This document shows, piece after piece, positions 13,219-14,001 of a stretch of 14,001 bases of DNA (position 1 is its first letter; the number at the start of each line of letters is the position of its first letter). The position numbers and the translations under genes are program-made. The stretch is from an uncultured Anaerolineae bacterium (GTDB taxonomy: Bacteria; Chloroflexota; Anaerolineae; JAYEMR01), in the NCBI GenBank assembly GCA_964425465.1, contig CAYRNM010000050.1, positions 1-14,001 on the forward strand, written 5' to 3'. The notes beneath the pieces were generated by a model that saw only the letters and a program-made list of their open reading frames with translations, was not told the DNA's origin and did no database searches.

Positions 13219-13308
13219 CGAGGCATTCCCACGATCATCCTGCATTTGCCCCGAGCGCTTGTCCATACAAGTACGGTGTAATTGAGCCAATCCGCATGGA
13301 ATGCCTCG
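13219..13308. promoter_or_regulatory. Perfect 11-bp inverted repeat (CGAGGCATTCC ... 68 bp ... GGAATGCCTCG) bracketing a candidate promoter (minus strand TTGGCT-N17-TATGGA, plus 13262-13290) upstream of the formamidase operon
   Basis: Seen directly: 13219-13229 is the exact reverse complement of 13298-13308. The promoter-like hexamers lie between the half-sites. Confidence 0.3.
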
Positions 13309-13311
13309 CCT

Positions 13312-14001
13312 TTACAGACGGCGCAACAACCAGCCAAAGAGCCGAGCCGACAGTCCCCCGCTCAGCCGATTGAGGATTTGGAAAAGGATGGGGAGGAGAG
13401 CTGTCACGCCGATCAGGATGACCATCTGCCGCGTGGGGAGCTGAAACAGAAGCCGAGCCACGAGAATGCCGATGATCAATAGAAGATCGAAGGTAAGGGC
13501 CACCACGTAGCAGCCCAGCGCTGCCAAGGAAGAGAGCTCCTGAGGCGAAGGGCCCGCCGAGGGTTCTGGCCGCACCTCAGTGGGCAAAGGCGGCGGAGGG
13601 GATGGTTTTGGCACCGCTTCCGCTGGTGCGGGTCGCTCCTCCACCGGTGGCAGCGCAACAACCTCAGCGACAGTTTCTTCAGGGACTTCCGCCTGCGCTT
13701 TCGGCGGCGCAACAGCCTCAACAGCGGCCTCCTCAAGGGGCGCGGCCTGTGCTTCCAGCGGCGATGGGAGCTCTTCAGGGACTGGCAACGGCTCCTCCAA
13801 GTCCCGCCTCCGCCGGCGCACTACCTCCTCGAAATGCCCACTGAAGAGGCGATACTCTCCACCCCGCCGCTCCACAACCCCCTTTCGCATGAGCCCCTGC
13901 CGCGTGCTCACCGCAGGGGGCCGTGCATCCGCAACGCCAGCGTAATATCGGCAGGCTTCTCGCTCCTGTGAGCTCAAAGAGGCCCACAGCCGGTGCAGAT
14001 G
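13312..14001 (-). CDS. Hypothetical membrane-anchored protein (5' end outside window): N-terminal basic, possibly DNA-binding region, ~85-aa Pro/Glu/Ala/Val-rich linker, two C-terminal TM helices
   Basis: The open frame runs from the window edge to the stop at 13312-13314. It contains ...GLMRKGVVERRGGEYRLFSGHFEEVVRRRRR; then the low-complexity PLPVPEELPSPLEAQAAPLEEAAVEAVAPPKAQAEVPEE...PSPPPPLPTEVRPEPS; then LAALGCYVVALTFDLLLIIGILVARLLF and VILIGVTALLPILFQIL. Confidence 0.5.
   Translation of the reverse strand, partial: HLHRLWASLSSQEREACRYYAGVADARPPAVSTRQGLMRKGVVERRGGEYRLFSGHFEEVVRRRRRDLEEPLPVPEELPSPLEAQAAPLEEAAVEAVAPPKAQAEVPEETVAEVVALPPVEERPAPAEAVPKPSPPPPLPTEVRPEPSAGPSPQELSSLAALGCYVVALTFDLLLIIGILVARLLFQLPTRQMVILIGVTALLPILFQILNRLSGGLSARLFGWLLRRL

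Noticed and set aside
13192-13290. N-terminal 33-codon extension of the formamidase ORF in the six-frame track, and likewise the Met at 13977 of the last ORF.
   Set aside because: Both 'M' starts are actually TTG codons with no SD. The internal ATG at 13191 has AAGGAG at optimal spacing, and the homology begins there.
1-14001. Search for CRISPR arrays, tRNA/rRNA genes, IS elements or terminal inverted repeats.
   Set aside because: No spaced direct-repeat arrays, no cloverleaf-compatible segments in the short intergenic regions, and no transposase-like ORFs were seen. The only repeats found are the 35-bp element pair, the PIG-L paralogs and the intragenic CDF CTD repeats.

Overview
A GC-rich (~63%) bacterial chromosomal segment, coded almost entirely on the minus strand. 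The main feature is a head-to-tail array of ten genes running from 10670 down to 359, with intergenic gaps of 26 bp or less except three (56, 93 and 115 bp). In order, the array encodes an MFS transporter, a two-domain GNAT acyltransferase, a DAGK-family lipid kinase, a PIG-L/LmbE deacetylase, a low-GC GNAT (apparently a foreign insert), a second paralogous PIG-L deacetylase, a FemAB/CelD-like GNAT-fold transferase, a PfkB sugar kinase whose catalytic Asp is replaced by Ala, an SPFH/stomatin protein, and a CDF metal exporter carrying three tandem cytoplasmic domains. A 35-bp element (31/35 identical) recurs in two intergenic regions of this array; it carries three phased 7-bp direct repeats and a 5-5-5 palindrome. 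Downstream lie a Phd/YefM–RelE/ParE toxin–antitoxin pair (strong sigma70-like promoter; toxin frameshifted in a homopolymer run), a HIT / enolase-superfamily remnant / formamidase operon, and a partial membrane-anchored protein. A convergent URO-D family gene fragment sits at the 5' edge. No rRNA, tRNA, CRISPR array or IS element was recognised. Apart from the Asp-to-Ala codon in the PfkB kinase, which was re-derived from the nucleotides, all protein-family calls come from reading the supplied translations for family motifs; no database search was possible.
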